Shown here: positions 19,390 through 28,452 of the stretch, piece after piece
How positions within the stretch are numbered: position 1 is the stretch's first letter
Layout of the letters: each line of letters begins with the position of its first letter
Virus record (IMG/VR): IMGVR_UViG_3300032272_000011
Coordinates: 2,628 to 66,627 of that record
Length of the DNA: 64,000 nucleotides
Source of the DNA: a virus
Lineage: Duplodnaviria > Caudoviricetes
Reading direction: 5' to 3' (one strand)
The notes under the pieces: generated by a model
Databases searched by the model: none
Seen by the model: only the letters and a program-made list of their open reading frames with translations
Told to the model about the DNA's origin: nothing
Made by a program: the position numbers and the translations under genes

Positions 19390-19790
19390 GTGAGCGCGCC
19401 ATGAGATCGCGCGTCGTCAAGTGGCTGAAGCCATGGGACGCCGTCGCTGTGGAGAACCCCGCGCATCCGGGCACGCCCGACGTGAACTATGCGGATGGCT
19501 GGATCGAACTGAAGAAGATTGCGTCGTGGCCGAAGCGGGAGACGACAACCGTACAACTGCCCCATTTCACTCCGCAGCAGCGTATTTGGTTGTCGCGTCG
19601 GGCTCGAGCTGGGGGTACAGTTTGGGTACTGCTCCAGGTTGGACAAGAATGGTTGTTGTTTGATGGAGTTGTGGCCGCCAAAGTGCTGGGGGACAGCACT
19701 CAGGCGGAGCTGGTCTCGGCGTCGTTGCACGTGTGGGCAGGTGGAGCTGAAGCGGAACGAGGACTGAAGTGCTTACTTCAAAAGAACTGA
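19386..19790 (+). CDS. VRR-NUC-like nuclease / Holliday junction resolvase
   Basis: PGTPDVNY...WIELK, TPQQRIWL. Confidence 0.7.
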   Translation: MSERAMRSRVVKWLKPWDAVAVENPAHPGTPDVNYADGWIELKKIASWPKRETTTVQLPHFTPQQRIWLSRRARAGGTVWVLLQVGQEWLLFDGVVAAKVLGDSTQAELVSASLHVWAGGAEAERGLKCLLQKN

Positions 19791-20095
19791 CTGACGGCGA
19801 GAAGCTGTTTCTTGACCGTCGTCGACTGGGGGAATCCCAGAGTGTCGCTGCTGAGCGGGTGGGGACTTCTCTCTTCAACTACCGAAGGCTCGAGAAGGCA
19901 CCGGAGCTGAGCAGCGGAAAGCAACCGAAGCTGGGTCGGATCACGAAGGCGGAATCCTGCGTGATCTACCGGCGGCGGTCCGGCATGACCACCCAGGCAG
20001 TGGCTGACGCCGTTGGCTACTGCAGGTGGTGGGTGTTCCGGATGGAGAACGGTCAGGTGGACCCGGCTCCCCTGTTGGAGTACTGGGTAACATGA
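19769..20095 (+). CDS. XRE-type HTH protein (two HTH units)
   Basis: RRRLGESQSVAAERVG; RRRSGMTTQAVADAVG...VFRMENG. Confidence 0.7.
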   Translation: MLTSKELTDGEKLFLDRRRLGESQSVAAERVGTSLFNYRRLEKAPELSSGKQPKLGRITKAESCVIYRRRSGMTTQAVADAVGYCRWWVFRMENGQVDPAPLLEYWVT

Positions 20096-22458
20096 AACGA
20101 CTGCGGCCCCAACACCAAGACTCCGTCGACTTCCTCGAGCGGTGGGACCCCAAAGGACTGTGGGTTCTCGTCGCCATTGGAGCCGACAAGCACCGGGAGA
20201 TATCAGCGGCAACGTTCAGCTCCGAAGAGCGAAGCGCTGCCCTGGGCTGGATCAAGGAGCAGAACAAGGACCGGAACGTCTACTTCACGGTCAACCCGGT
20301 TGCTGAACCGCTCAACAAGAAGCCGAAGCGGGAAGACATCCAGTCCATGTCGTGGTTGCACGTGGACGTGGATCCCCGAGTGGGGGAGAACATCGAAGCG
20401 GAGCGGGCACGTATCCTCGCTCTCTTCAACGAGAACCTCCCGGCAAGCGTGCCCACGCCCACGGCAGTGGTGTTTTCCGGGGGCGGGTACCAGGGCTTCT
20501 GGCGCCTCGAAACCCCGTTCTCGATCAAGGGGGACCCCGGCAAGTACGAAGAGGCGAAGCGGTGGAACATGCAGCTTGAGCTGCTGTTCAGCGGCGACTC
20601 CTGCCACAACGTCGACCGCATCATGCGGCTCCCTGGTACGATCAACTGGCCCGACGAGAGGAAGAAACGCAAGGGCCGCGTGCCCACTCTTGCGGTGCTC
20701 AGCCAGTGGAACGGCCACACCTACGATCTCGAGGACTTCACCCCAGCGGCGCTCGTGCAGTCAAAGGATGCCCAGGACGCGCTGCGGACCGGGGATGCCG
20801 TCAAGATATCGGGCAACGTCAAGCGCCTGAACGACGTCAACGAGCTGGGGGACCAAGTCCAGGACTACTGCAAGGTCATCATCGTCCAGGGCCACGACCC
20901 TGACGAGCCCGACAAGTGGGACTCCCGCTCCGAGACTACGTGGTACGTCGTGTGCGAGCTGGTTCGGTCAGGCGTGGATGATGACACCATCTACTCCGTC
21001 ATCACCGACCCCGGGTTCAAGATCTCGGGGCACATCCTCGACCAGGACGACCCGGAGAAGGCAGCCAAACGCCACATCGAGCGAGCCCGCGAGCATGCTA
21101 TCCACCCCGTGCTCCAGGAGCTGAACGGGAAGCACGCCGTCATCGCCGACTTCGGGGGCAAGTGCCGGGTCACGAACGAAGTGCGCGACCCCATGCTGGG
21201 TCGCACCAACTTCAGCTTCCAGGCGCCGAACGACTTCCGCATGCGGTACATGAACCGCATGATCGAGTACGAGGACGGCGCAGGAAAGTCGCGCTCCATG
21301 CCCCTGGGCGATTGGTGGCTCAAGCACCCCAACAGGAAGCAGTTCGACACCATCGTGTTCGCTCCGGAGATCGAAGTGCCCGGCAGCTTCAACCTGTGGC
21401 GCGGCTTCTCGTGTACGGCCCAGCCAGGGGACTGCCAGCTGTTCCTGGACCACCTTCTCGAGAACATCTGCTGTGGCAACGAGGAGCACTATGCGTACCT
21501 GATCGGGTGGATGGCCCACGCGGTGCAGAAGCCGGCGGTGCCAGGGTACACGGCGGTGGTGCTGCGCGGGGCACAGGGAACGGGGAAGAGTTTCTTCGCC
21601 AAGACCTTCGGCCATCTGTTCGGCCACCACTTCCTCCAGGTGAGCGACCCGAAGCACCTCGTGGGTGCGTTCAACGCCCACCTTCGGGACTGCGTTGTGC
21701 TGTTCGGAGACGAGGCGTTCTACGCCGGGGACAAGCGGCACGAAGGCGCTCTGAAGACCCTCGTCACGGAGGAGATGCTCAGCATCGAGGGCAAGGGCGT
21801 GAACCTCGTCACCACGAGCAACTGCCTCCACATCATCCTCGCTTCCAACTCGGATTGGGTGGTGCCAGCGGGGGAGTCGGAGCGCCGGTACTTCATGCTG
21901 GACGTGAGCGATGCCAAGAAGCAGGACACCACGTACTTCCGGCTCATCCAGAACCAGCTTGACTCAGGAGGGTACGAAGCCCTGCTTCACTTCCTCCGCA
22001 CCTACGATCTGGCCGCGTTCAACGTGCGGAAGATGCCCACGACGCGAGCGCTGCAGGACCAGAAGATTCTCAGCTACGGCGCGGAGCATGCGTGGTGGTA
22101 CAACAAGCTGGTCCAGGGAGAGCTGGTCAACAGCATGGGCTGGCCCGAGGGGGTCTACACCGAAGTGCTCAGCGAGGACTACCGGGTCTACATGTCCACC
22201 TTCGGGCGCAGCGCCGGCAACGGATCCCAGGTGAACATGCACCGCTTCCTGAAGACGGTGCTGCCGGGTGGCGAAGTCGTGAAGCGTCAGCAGTCCTCGG
22301 GCATGTACGAAATCAACGGACGCACGAAGCTTTGCCGACCCTACATCATGGCCGTGCCTCCGTTGGAGAAGTGCCGGGAGCGGTGGGAGAAGCTGAAGGG
22401 CGAAGAGTTCCCCTGGGAAGACATCGAGCAAATCCCAGAGACGGAATCCCACTTCTGA
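20092..22458 (+). CDS. Primase-helicase (RepB-like primase + SF3/DUF5906 helicase)
   Basis: WLHVDVD, FSGGGYQGFW, RIMRLPGT; GAQGTGKS, LFGDEA, ASN. Confidence 0.85.
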   Translation: MKRLRPQHQDSVDFLERWDPKGLWVLVAIGADKHREISAATFSSEERSAALGWIKEQNKDRNVYFTVNPVAEPLNKKPKREDIQSMSWLHVDVDPRVGENIEAERARILALFNENLPASVPTPTAVVFSGGGYQGFWRLETPFSIKGDPGKYEEAKRWNMQLELLFSGDSCHNVDRIMRLPGTINWPDERKKRKGRVPTLAVLSQWNGHTYDLEDFTPAALVQSKDAQDALRTGDAVKISGNVKRLNDVNELGDQVQDYCKVIIVQGHDPDEPDKWDSRSETTWYVVCELVRSGVDDDTIYSVITDPGFKISGHILDQDDPEKAAKRHIERAREHAIHPVLQELNGKHAVIADFGGKCRVTNEVRDPMLGRTNFSFQAPNDFRMRYMNRMIEYEDGAGKSRSMPLGDWWLKHPNRKQFDTIVFAPEIEVPGSFNLWRGFSCTAQPGDCQLFLDHLLENICCGNEEHYAYLIGWMAHAVQKPAVPGYTAVVLRGAQGTGKSFFAKTFGHLFGHHFLQVSDPKHLVGAFNAHLRDCVVLFGDEAFYAGDKRHEGALKTLVTEEMLSIEGKGVNLVTTSNCLHIILASNSDWVVPAGESERRYFMLDVSDAKKQDTTYFRLIQNQLDSGGYEALLHFLRTYDLAAFNVRKMPTTRALQDQKILSYGAEHAWWYNKLVQGELVNSMGWPEGVYTEVLSEDYRVYMSTFGRSAGNGSQVNMHRFLKTVLPGGEVVKRQQSSGMYEINGRTKLCRPYIMAVPPLEKCRERWEKLKGEEFPWEDIEQIPETESHF

Positions 22459-22459
22459 G

Positions 22460-22489
22460 TTGTCGCTTGTGCGGGGGTGGGGGTACGGT
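22460..22489 (+). promoter_or_regulatory. sigma70-like promoter
   Basis: TTGTCG-N18-TACGGT. Confidence 0.45.
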
Positions 22490-22515
22490 TCTGGCACACA
22501 CCCAGGAGATAACCC

Positions 22516-23316
22516 ATGTCTGACATCAGCCGCATCAAAGACCGCATCAAGAACCTGCTCAACCTCGCCGAGAACGACGGGGCCATGGACGGGGAGGTGG
22601 ACAACGCGCTGAGGTTTGCCCGCCGGTTGATGCTCAAGCACAACCTCGACGAGGCCGACGTCAAGGACGCGCAGGGAGCGCACGAGAAGGCCGCAGACTA
22701 CGAGACCACCGAGTACACCAAGGAGTGGACCCGCACCGTAGGAACGCGGTTCACCGCCTGGGAGACGGAGCTGATGTTCGCCATCCAGGAGTTGATCGGA
22801 ACCGTCAAGTGGTTCCGGGGCTCTACCCGCGACCGCATGACGAAGATGGGCACCATCGAGTTCAACCCCGTGACCGGTATGCCGGCCAAGGTCCGTCAGG
22901 TCGTGTTCTACGGGCCGAAGGGTGACGTGGCGGACGCTCTCGAGATGGTTCGCGAGTGGCAGGAAACCATCGTGACCATGGCTCGCCTTCGCTTCGGGGG
23001 CGCCCTCCGAGGCCCCGGCAAGAGCTACGCCGAGGGGTTCGCCCGCTCCCTGCTCCTGAAGGTGCGGGCCATCCACAGAGAGGAGCGCCTCCAGATCAAG
23101 GGTGGTGGCTCCACCGCGCTAACCTTGGTCCGCTCCACCGACCTCATGCTCGCGAAGCAGAAGCACGCGGACGTGTGGTTGGAGCAGTCAGCCGGCATCC
23201 GCCTCACCAAGGGCACCCCCCTGGGCAATGGCTCCCACGACTCTTCCGCCTTCACCGCCGGCAAGGCCGACGGATCCCGCGCCAACTTCTCCCAGCGACG
23301 CAAGTTAGGAAACTGA
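22516..23316 (+). CDS. DUF2786-family protein
   Basis: RIKNLLNLAE...EVDNALRFARRLMLKHNL. Confidence 0.7.
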   Translation: MSDISRIKDRIKNLLNLAENDGAMDGEVDNALRFARRLMLKHNLDEADVKDAQGAHEKAADYETTEYTKEWTRTVGTRFTAWETELMFAIQELIGTVKWFRGSTRDRMTKMGTIEFNPVTGMPAKVRQVVFYGPKGDVADALEMVREWQETIVTMARLRFGGALRGPGKSYAEGFARSLLLKVRAIHREERLQIKGGGSTALTLVRSTDLMLAKQKHADVWLEQSAGIRLTKGTPLGNGSHDSSAFTAGKADGSRANFSQRRKLGN

Positions 23317-23318
23317 AC

Positions 23319-23870
23319 GTGAAATACCTTTTCTTCGTGGACGTCGAGACGACGGGCATCGACGAGCAGCATGACCTCCTCCTGGAGATTGCCGGGTGCG
23401 TCCTCGACGCGGAAACTCTTGATCAGGTGGCAGGCATGGTAGAGTGGCCCGTTGCCCAGGGGGACACCATCCCGAAGGTGCTCCTGGACCCGTGGGTTCT
23501 CGAGACCCACACCAACAACGGGCTCTTCGACGCGGTGGTCAGCAAGGCAGCGCGTCCAATCAGCGAGATCGACGAAGAGCTGAGCAAGTACCTCGGTTTC
23601 TGGGTCAGCGAGGACGAGCCGAAGATCCGCGTGGCGGGGGCGTCGGTGCACTTCGACTTGCGGTTCATCCGCAGGTGCTTGCCCAAGACTGCGGCGCTGC
23701 TGCACCATCGGGTGTTCGACACCAGCACCCTGAAGGGTGCGCTGAAGACTTGGACTGGCCTGGAGGACGCGGTGTTCGTCAAGAACGAAGCGCATCGGGC
23801 GGTGGCCGATGTAGAGGAAGAGATATGCAACGCTCGAATATTGAAGCACTTGATCTGTGGGACTACGTGA
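23319..23870 (+). CDS. Oligoribonuclease-like DEDDh exonuclease
   Basis: VDVETTG, LEIA, GASVHFDLRFI, HHRVFDTSTLK, HRAVADV align with Orn motifs. Confidence 0.8.
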   Translation: MKYLFFVDVETTGIDEQHDLLLEIAGCVLDAETLDQVAGMVEWPVAQGDTIPKVLLDPWVLETHTNNGLFDAVVSKAARPISEIDEELSKYLGFWVSEDEPKIRVAGASVHFDLRFIRRCLPKTAALLHHRVFDTSTLKGALKTWTGLEDAVFVKNEAHRAVADVEEEICNARILKHLICGTT

Positions 23871-24088
23871 TCGACATGCTGTGGCTGGCCCTGGGCCTGC
23901 TCGCGCTCGGAGTTGGAATCACGCTTGGGCCCAACGGCTGGTGGCTGTCCCTCCCGGGTCTCGTGGTGGTGTGGTGGTTCACGGAACCCTGCCTGGTTCT
24001 GGTGTATCTGTACATGATCTCAGTTCAGAACAACATGACGGTAGGCGAGGTTGCGGACTTAGTTTCCGTGATCCGGAGGGTACGTTGA
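23867..24088 (+). CDS. Small membrane protein
   Basis: Two hydrophobic segments; GTGA coupling. Confidence 0.5.
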   Translation: MIDMLWLALGLLALGVGITLGPNGWWLSLPGLVVVWWFTEPCLVLVYLYMISVQNNMTVGEVADLVSVIRRVR

Positions 24089-24279
24089 TGCGTGACAGTT
24101 TGGCTGCGGCGGCGATCATGATGAGTGTGCTATTCGCGGCGCTGATGCTCTCGTCTGGAGATATGACCACAGTGTGGGTTGTGGGCCTCGTGGTCCTGGC
24201 CGTGCACGTGCTTTTGAAGGTGGCGGTCGTGGTGCGCAACTCCGACCCAGGATACGGAGATACGGATGACAACGACTGA
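24088..24279 (+). CDS. Small membrane protein
   Basis: Two hydrophobic segments; TGATG coupling. Confidence 0.5.
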   Translation: MRDSLAAAAIMMSVLFAALMLSSGDMTTVWVVGLVVLAVHVLLKVAVVVRNSDPGYGDTDDND

Positions 24280-24347
24280 AACGATAGTCCTTTGATGTCG
24301 CCTCTGCCTCGGTTACGCTCATGTCAACCAAGGTCCAAGGAGACATC

Positions 24348-25808
24348 ATGCTTCGTTACGTTGAAAACCCTTCGCCCGACTGGGCGCCACTGCCAGTTCC
24401 CGACGGGACGCCGGAGCCCCACCCCGACTGGGCGATCATGTTCGACGGGGCTGACTTCGACCGGTCGGATCCGCCTCCCGCTCTCACCGACCTGCTGAAC
24501 CACGCAGGCGTCTTCCCCACCGAGCACATGCTCCGCCCCCACACCCGGATCTACTGGGTGGACGGCGACATCCCCGAAGCCCCTGAGCCCGGCTCGCTCC
24601 GCTGGAACGCCGTGGACGCCCTCCTCAAGGGCGACCCCCGCACCCGTCCCGCGATCCCCGCCGTGGATGGATTCACCTCCGAAGTCTTCACCGACGCGGA
24701 CGACATCGACTCCCTCGGCAACTGGTCCCGCAAGTACGTCAGCGAGCTGTACCCCTGGTCCGGCCCCCACCACCACAAGGTGCCTCCGTACCTGAAGGTG
24801 GGTCAGGTGCCCTGGGCCAATGGCTCCGACAACAACGCCCACTACGACCTGCCCCTGTGGGTCCTCGAGGAGTTCCGTCGCACCGGTGACCCCGAGTGCT
24901 GGAAGCTCTTCACCAAGCTGGTGCTCCACCAAGCGGGCCTCGGCATCAACTGGTCCACCGGCAACTGGCGCTATGAGAAGGCGCGCTGGATCTGGACCGG
25001 GGACTTCTACCCCGAAGGCTACGTCAAGTGGTCCCACGCCTTCCCCTCCGGCCTGCTGCTGTACTGGCACCTGACCGGCGAGCTGCAGGAAGCTGCCTCG
25101 ATGGTGATCAACCACACGATCACCAGCGCGCAGCAGAACCGTGCCGACTACAACGGCAACTATGGTCCGCGCCGGACGGCGTGGTACCTCCGCTTCCTCC
25201 AGACCATCGAGCTGGTCACGGCGGAGTACAACATCCCGCTGGTCGCCGAGGAAGCCACCCTGGCCATGGAGTCTGTCTTCCCCTTCCTCCGTCCGGCGGC
25301 GGGTGGGGGCCAGTTCCTCCAGGAGCTGCAAGGCCAGCCCCCTGGACACAACGGAGAGATCTCCGTGCCCTACACGGCGGGCATGTGGGCCAACTGGCTC
25401 TTCGCCAAGGAGGCGCTCTGGTGGGCCGTCTACACCAACAACGAGAGCGCCATCCAGAACCTCCGCCACATGGTGGACTGGATGTCCCAAGGGGTCAACG
25501 CGGAAGGCCGGGTCGCCTACACCGCCACGGTCGCTCCGGACGGCACCCTGTCGAACCAGTTCTACCGGGGTGCGACGCACACGGCCGTGGCGCTCGGAGC
25601 CATGTACGCGCTGACGGCGATGGGCCACTACCCTGCCGCCGAGTTCGTGAAGAGCCGAGACCTCGTGGTCGCTGCCCTGCCTCACGGCATCCTCGGCAAC
25701 GAGACGACGATCCCCGGTGACCGCGATCGGGCCCTGGGCGGTGCTGCTCCGAAGATCTGTGGCGACTTGGCTTTTGGCCTTCGCTCCTGGTATTTCACCA
25801 CCGTCTGA
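24348..25808 (+). CDS. (alpha/alpha)-barrel protein resembling PcRGLX/YetA-like polysaccharide lyase C-domain
   Basis: NNAHYDL...EFRRTGD...H, SHAFPSGLLLYWHLTGE, RRTAWYL; GGAGA SD before 24348 (alternative start 24321). Confidence 0.5.
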   Translation: MLRYVENPSPDWAPLPVPDGTPEPHPDWAIMFDGADFDRSDPPPALTDLLNHAGVFPTEHMLRPHTRIYWVDGDIPEAPEPGSLRWNAVDALLKGDPRTRPAIPAVDGFTSEVFTDADDIDSLGNWSRKYVSELYPWSGPHHHKVPPYLKVGQVPWANGSDNNAHYDLPLWVLEEFRRTGDPECWKLFTKLVLHQAGLGINWSTGNWRYEKARWIWTGDFYPEGYVKWSHAFPSGLLLYWHLTGELQEAASMVINHTITSAQQNRADYNGNYGPRRTAWYLRFLQTIELVTAEYNIPLVAEEATLAMESVFPFLRPAAGGGQFLQELQGQPPGHNGEISVPYTAGMWANWLFAKEALWWAVYTNNESAIQNLRHMVDWMSQGVNAEGRVAYTATVAPDGTLSNQFYRGATHTAVALGAMYALTAMGHYPAAEFVKSRDLVVAALPHGILGNETTIPGDRDRALGGAAPKICGDLAFGLRSWYFTTV

Positions 25809-25833
25809 GCAGGTGTTGGGTTATGCTCCAGGC

Positions 25834-26202
25834 ATGACCAATACTTTCGACATCGGCCTCTGCGCGAGGAAAGTGGGAGCGAGCCAGTGCCAGAACCGTA
25901 GGGGTCATGGCTCTGGTGCTCGCTTCTGTATGGTTCACGCTGGTGAACGTTTCATGCACACTTTCTATTGCCGGGCCCACGGCGCAACCGACTGGGGCGA
26001 CCCTGTCAACGACATCGGCATCGCCGAAGCCGCCCTCGCCTTCGCCCACCGATTCGCTGGCTCGGTCACCACGGTCGACGTGAAACCAGTGCTCAGCGCT
26101 CCCTCCGGGCAGTACTATGTGGTGAATATCGACGCCACGATGGTCTTTTCGGTAAAGTCGATGCGCCCGGCCGACGAAGAGATGGGTGGAGAAACGACAT
26201 GA
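25834..26202 (+). CDS. Hypothetical protein (leaderless start)
   Basis: TATGCT-N6-ATG; coupled to DGC. Confidence 0.5.
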   Translation: MTNTFDIGLCARKVGASQCQNRRGHGSGARFCMVHAGERFMHTFYCRAHGATDWGDPVNDIGIAEAALAFAHRFAGSVTTVDVKPVLSAPSGQYYVVNIDATMVFSVKSMRPADEEMGGETT

Positions 26203-26762
26203 ACGCCCAACAACGACGCATCGACCTTCTGACCCAGCTCCTCGAAGCCCAGACCCGCCGAGCGGACCGGTTGGAGCACGAGTCCCTGACCGACCCCCTC
26301 ACGGGGCTCCACAACCGCCGAGCGTTCGACCGCAAGGTGCAGAAGCTCCAACTCGAGGACACCACCTTCACCGTGGTGCTCATCGACATGGCGAACCTCA
26401 AGGCAGCCAACGAGAAGCTGGGGCACGCCGGGGCCGACGACATCCTCGTCCAGGTGGCCAACTGCCTGCGCCGCGAGGACATGGTCGCCCGCATCGGTGG
26501 CGACGAGTTCGCGGTCGTGCTCCCCGGAGACGCGGGACCCAGTGTCCGTGATCGAATCGAGCGTTCGTTCGACGCAGTGGAGCTGGGGCCCAGGGTGAGC
26601 ATCTTCCTCGTGGCTGCCCTGGGCCAATGGAACCCGGGCATGCAGTTCCGTGACGTGCTGATCCGGGCCGACAAGGCGCTGGAGGCTCGCAAGCTGAAGC
26701 TGAAGGTGGCCCGTGGTGAAGTCACGACCCGTGAGGAAGCGTTGAAGGCGGTAGCGTCATGA
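26199..26762 (+). CDS. Diguanylate cyclase (coiled coil + GGDEF)
   Basis: TDPLTGLHNRRAF, LIDMANLKAANEKLGH, RREDMVARIGGDEF (RxxD I-site and GGDEF). Confidence 0.9.
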   Translation: MNAQQRRIDLLTQLLEAQTRRADRLEHESLTDPLTGLHNRRAFDRKVQKLQLEDTTFTVVLIDMANLKAANEKLGHAGADDILVQVANCLRREDMVARIGGDEFAVVLPGDAGPSVRDRIERSFDAVELGPRVSIFLVAALGQWNPGMQFRDVLIRADKALEARKLKLKVARGEVTTREEALKAVAS

Positions 26763-26941
26763 AGAACAAACCAGCGAGCAAGTGGCTGAAGTCTGTGCTG
26801 TTGAAGCGCAAGTGGAAGTGCAACGGCGAGATGGATGGACCGAACTGGTACCACAAAGGTTTCGGCCTGACGGACATGTGGCCCGCGCATGCGTGGGACG
26901 TTGAGCAGGAAGTGGACCGCAGAATCAAGGAGACAGTATGA
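26759..26941 (+). CDS. Hypothetical protein
   Basis: Coupled ORF. Confidence 0.45.
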   Translation: MKNKPASKWLKSVLLKRKWKCNGEMDGPNWYHKGFGLTDMWPAHAWDVEQEVDRRIKETV

Positions 26942-27165
26942 AACCAGGATGGCAATCAAGCGAGTTCGGGATCACCGCGCTCATGCTGATATGCGGGACC
27001 GCGTTGGTCCTCGCAGGCAAAGACGACGCCGGCATGTTCGTGCTCGGCGGCGGTGTAGGGCAGGCCGTGAACTACACCCGAGGGAGGCAGTCACTGAAGG
27101 AAGTCGAGGCGCAGCCGAAGCCCAACTTCCTCGAACTGATGAAGCAACATGCTCGTCGACCCTGA
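26938..27165 (+). CDS. Holin-like two-TM protein
   Basis: MKPGWQSSEF start, two hydrophobic helices, charged tail. Confidence 0.45.
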   Translation: MKPGWQSSEFGITALMLICGTALVLAGKDDAGMFVLGGGVGQAVNYTRGRQSLKEVEAQPKPNFLELMKQHARRP

Positions 27166-27538
27166 CAGTGATGTCTGGTGGTTCCACCAGAAGTTCGGAC
27201 ACGATGCGCCCAGCAGGCCGACGCCACTGAGCGAGAAAACCCTGGCGCTCCGGCTCAAGCTGCTCCGCGAGGAGTTCGGCGAGCTGATGGAAGCCATGGA
27301 GGCAGGCGACTTCGTCGGCACTGTCTCCGAGGCCATAGACCTCATGTACGTCACGATGGGGACCTTGGTCTCCATGGGCGTAGATGCTGACGGTCCCTGG
27401 GCTGAAGTCCAGCGGGCCAACATGGAGAAGGAGGCCGTCGATGATGTCGACGGCGTCCCTCAGAAACCCCTGAAGCCACAAGGGTGGCTTCCACCGCAGA
27501 TAGCTGCAGAACTGGAGAAGCAAGGATGGCGAAGATGA
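27149..27538 (+). CDS. MazG-like (PRA-PH-like) NTP pyrophosphohydrolase
   Basis: FHQKFG, LLREEFGEL, EAIDLMYVTMG, EVQRANMEK. Confidence 0.8.
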   Translation: MLVDPDSDVWWFHQKFGHDAPSRPTPLSEKTLALRLKLLREEFGELMEAMEAGDFVGTVSEAIDLMYVTMGTLVSMGVDADGPWAEVQRANMEKEAVDDVDGVPQKPLKPQGWLPPQIAAELEKQGWRR

Positions 27539-27897
27539 TGATGTTGGCGGTGTTCGGTCTCACGCTCACGGCGTGCACCGTAACCCAAGCGCGTGAGGAA
27601 GCCTTGCTTCCCGCGATGCGTTCCTCGTGGCCCGCGATCGAAGAGTCGATCGTCCGTGGCGCCGAGGGATCCGAAGGCGGACCGATCATCGAGGAGGGCA
27701 TCCTGCTCTTCCAAGGCGAGCTGGCGAAGGAGGGAGGCCCCACCGTGGACCTGCTCCCGACGTGGCTGGTCCTCAAGCCCTACTCCGAGGCGGACATCGC
27801 CGCGCGCACCCAGGCCGGGGAGATCGGGGTGGGCGTTGCGGCGTCCATGATCGAGCGACTCGCCAACTTCGAAGAGTCCGTCACCAAGATGAGGTAG
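27526..27897 (+). CDS. Lipoprotein
   Basis: Lipobox LTAC after hydrophobic leader. Confidence 0.6.
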   Translation: MAKMMMLAVFGLTLTACTVTQAREEALLPAMRSSWPAIEESIVRGAEGSEGGPIIEEGILLFQGELAKEGGPTVDLLPTWLVLKPYSEADIAARTQAGEIGVGVAASMIERLANFEESVTKMR

Positions 27898-27940
27898 CCT
27901 CGTGGCTGCCGACCGAACCCGAACCTCAAGGAAACCCGTC

Positions 27941-28294
27941 ATGCCCCCGAACGAAAACGAACCCGTCGTCATGAAGAAGGTCGGTGAGGACTTCCTCGCC
28001 TTGATCACTTCCAACCTCACCGGCCTCGGCAGCGACCTCGCGGTCTCCGCCGAGGAGCTGGCCACCTACAGCGCGTCCCGTGCCGCGCACCTCGCTTCCA
28101 TCATGGACGAGCCCGGCTTCTCCGAGGCCGTCGCGGCCGAGAAGGACAACGTGGCCCTACGTGCCGGCATCGCCTCCGTGAACGCCGCGAGCGCCTCCGA
28201 GGCGCGCCTCCTCGGCGTGCTGGAAGGTGGCCTCGTGCTCGGAGCCCGAGCGCTTTCCGGGATTCCCGGCATCATCGCCGGCCTCCTGGGGTAG
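27941..28294 (+). CDS. Hypothetical protein with hydrophobic C-terminus
   Basis: AAGGA SD; Ala/Leu-rich. Confidence 0.55.
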   Translation: MPPNENEPVVMKKVGEDFLALITSNLTGLGSDLAVSAEELATYSASRAAHLASIMDEPGFSEAVAAEKDNVALRAGIASVNAASASEARLLGVLEGGLVLGARALSGIPGIIAGLLG

Positions 28295-28374
28295 ACTCCC
28301 CTCGTGTAGCTCCCTCGGGGACTCATCTCTCTCCACCTCACGCCCACCCGAGGGGGGTAAAGCAACGCGCCTGC

Positions 28375-28417
28375 GAACGGCACCGGGAAGTAACTCCCCC
28401 CGGTGCCGTTCTTTTTT
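28375..28417 (+). terminator. Rho-independent terminator
   Basis: gaacggcaccggg / cccggtgccgttc 13-bp stem then T6. Confidence 0.8.
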
Positions 28418-28452
28418 GTGCGCAGTTGGGTTCTGTGCGGTACCGTTGGGGC

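Noticed and set aside
20092-22458. Integrase or lysogeny module
   Set aside because: Motifs are primase plus SF3 helicase; no recombinase seen. The XRE protein alone does not establish temperate lifestyle.
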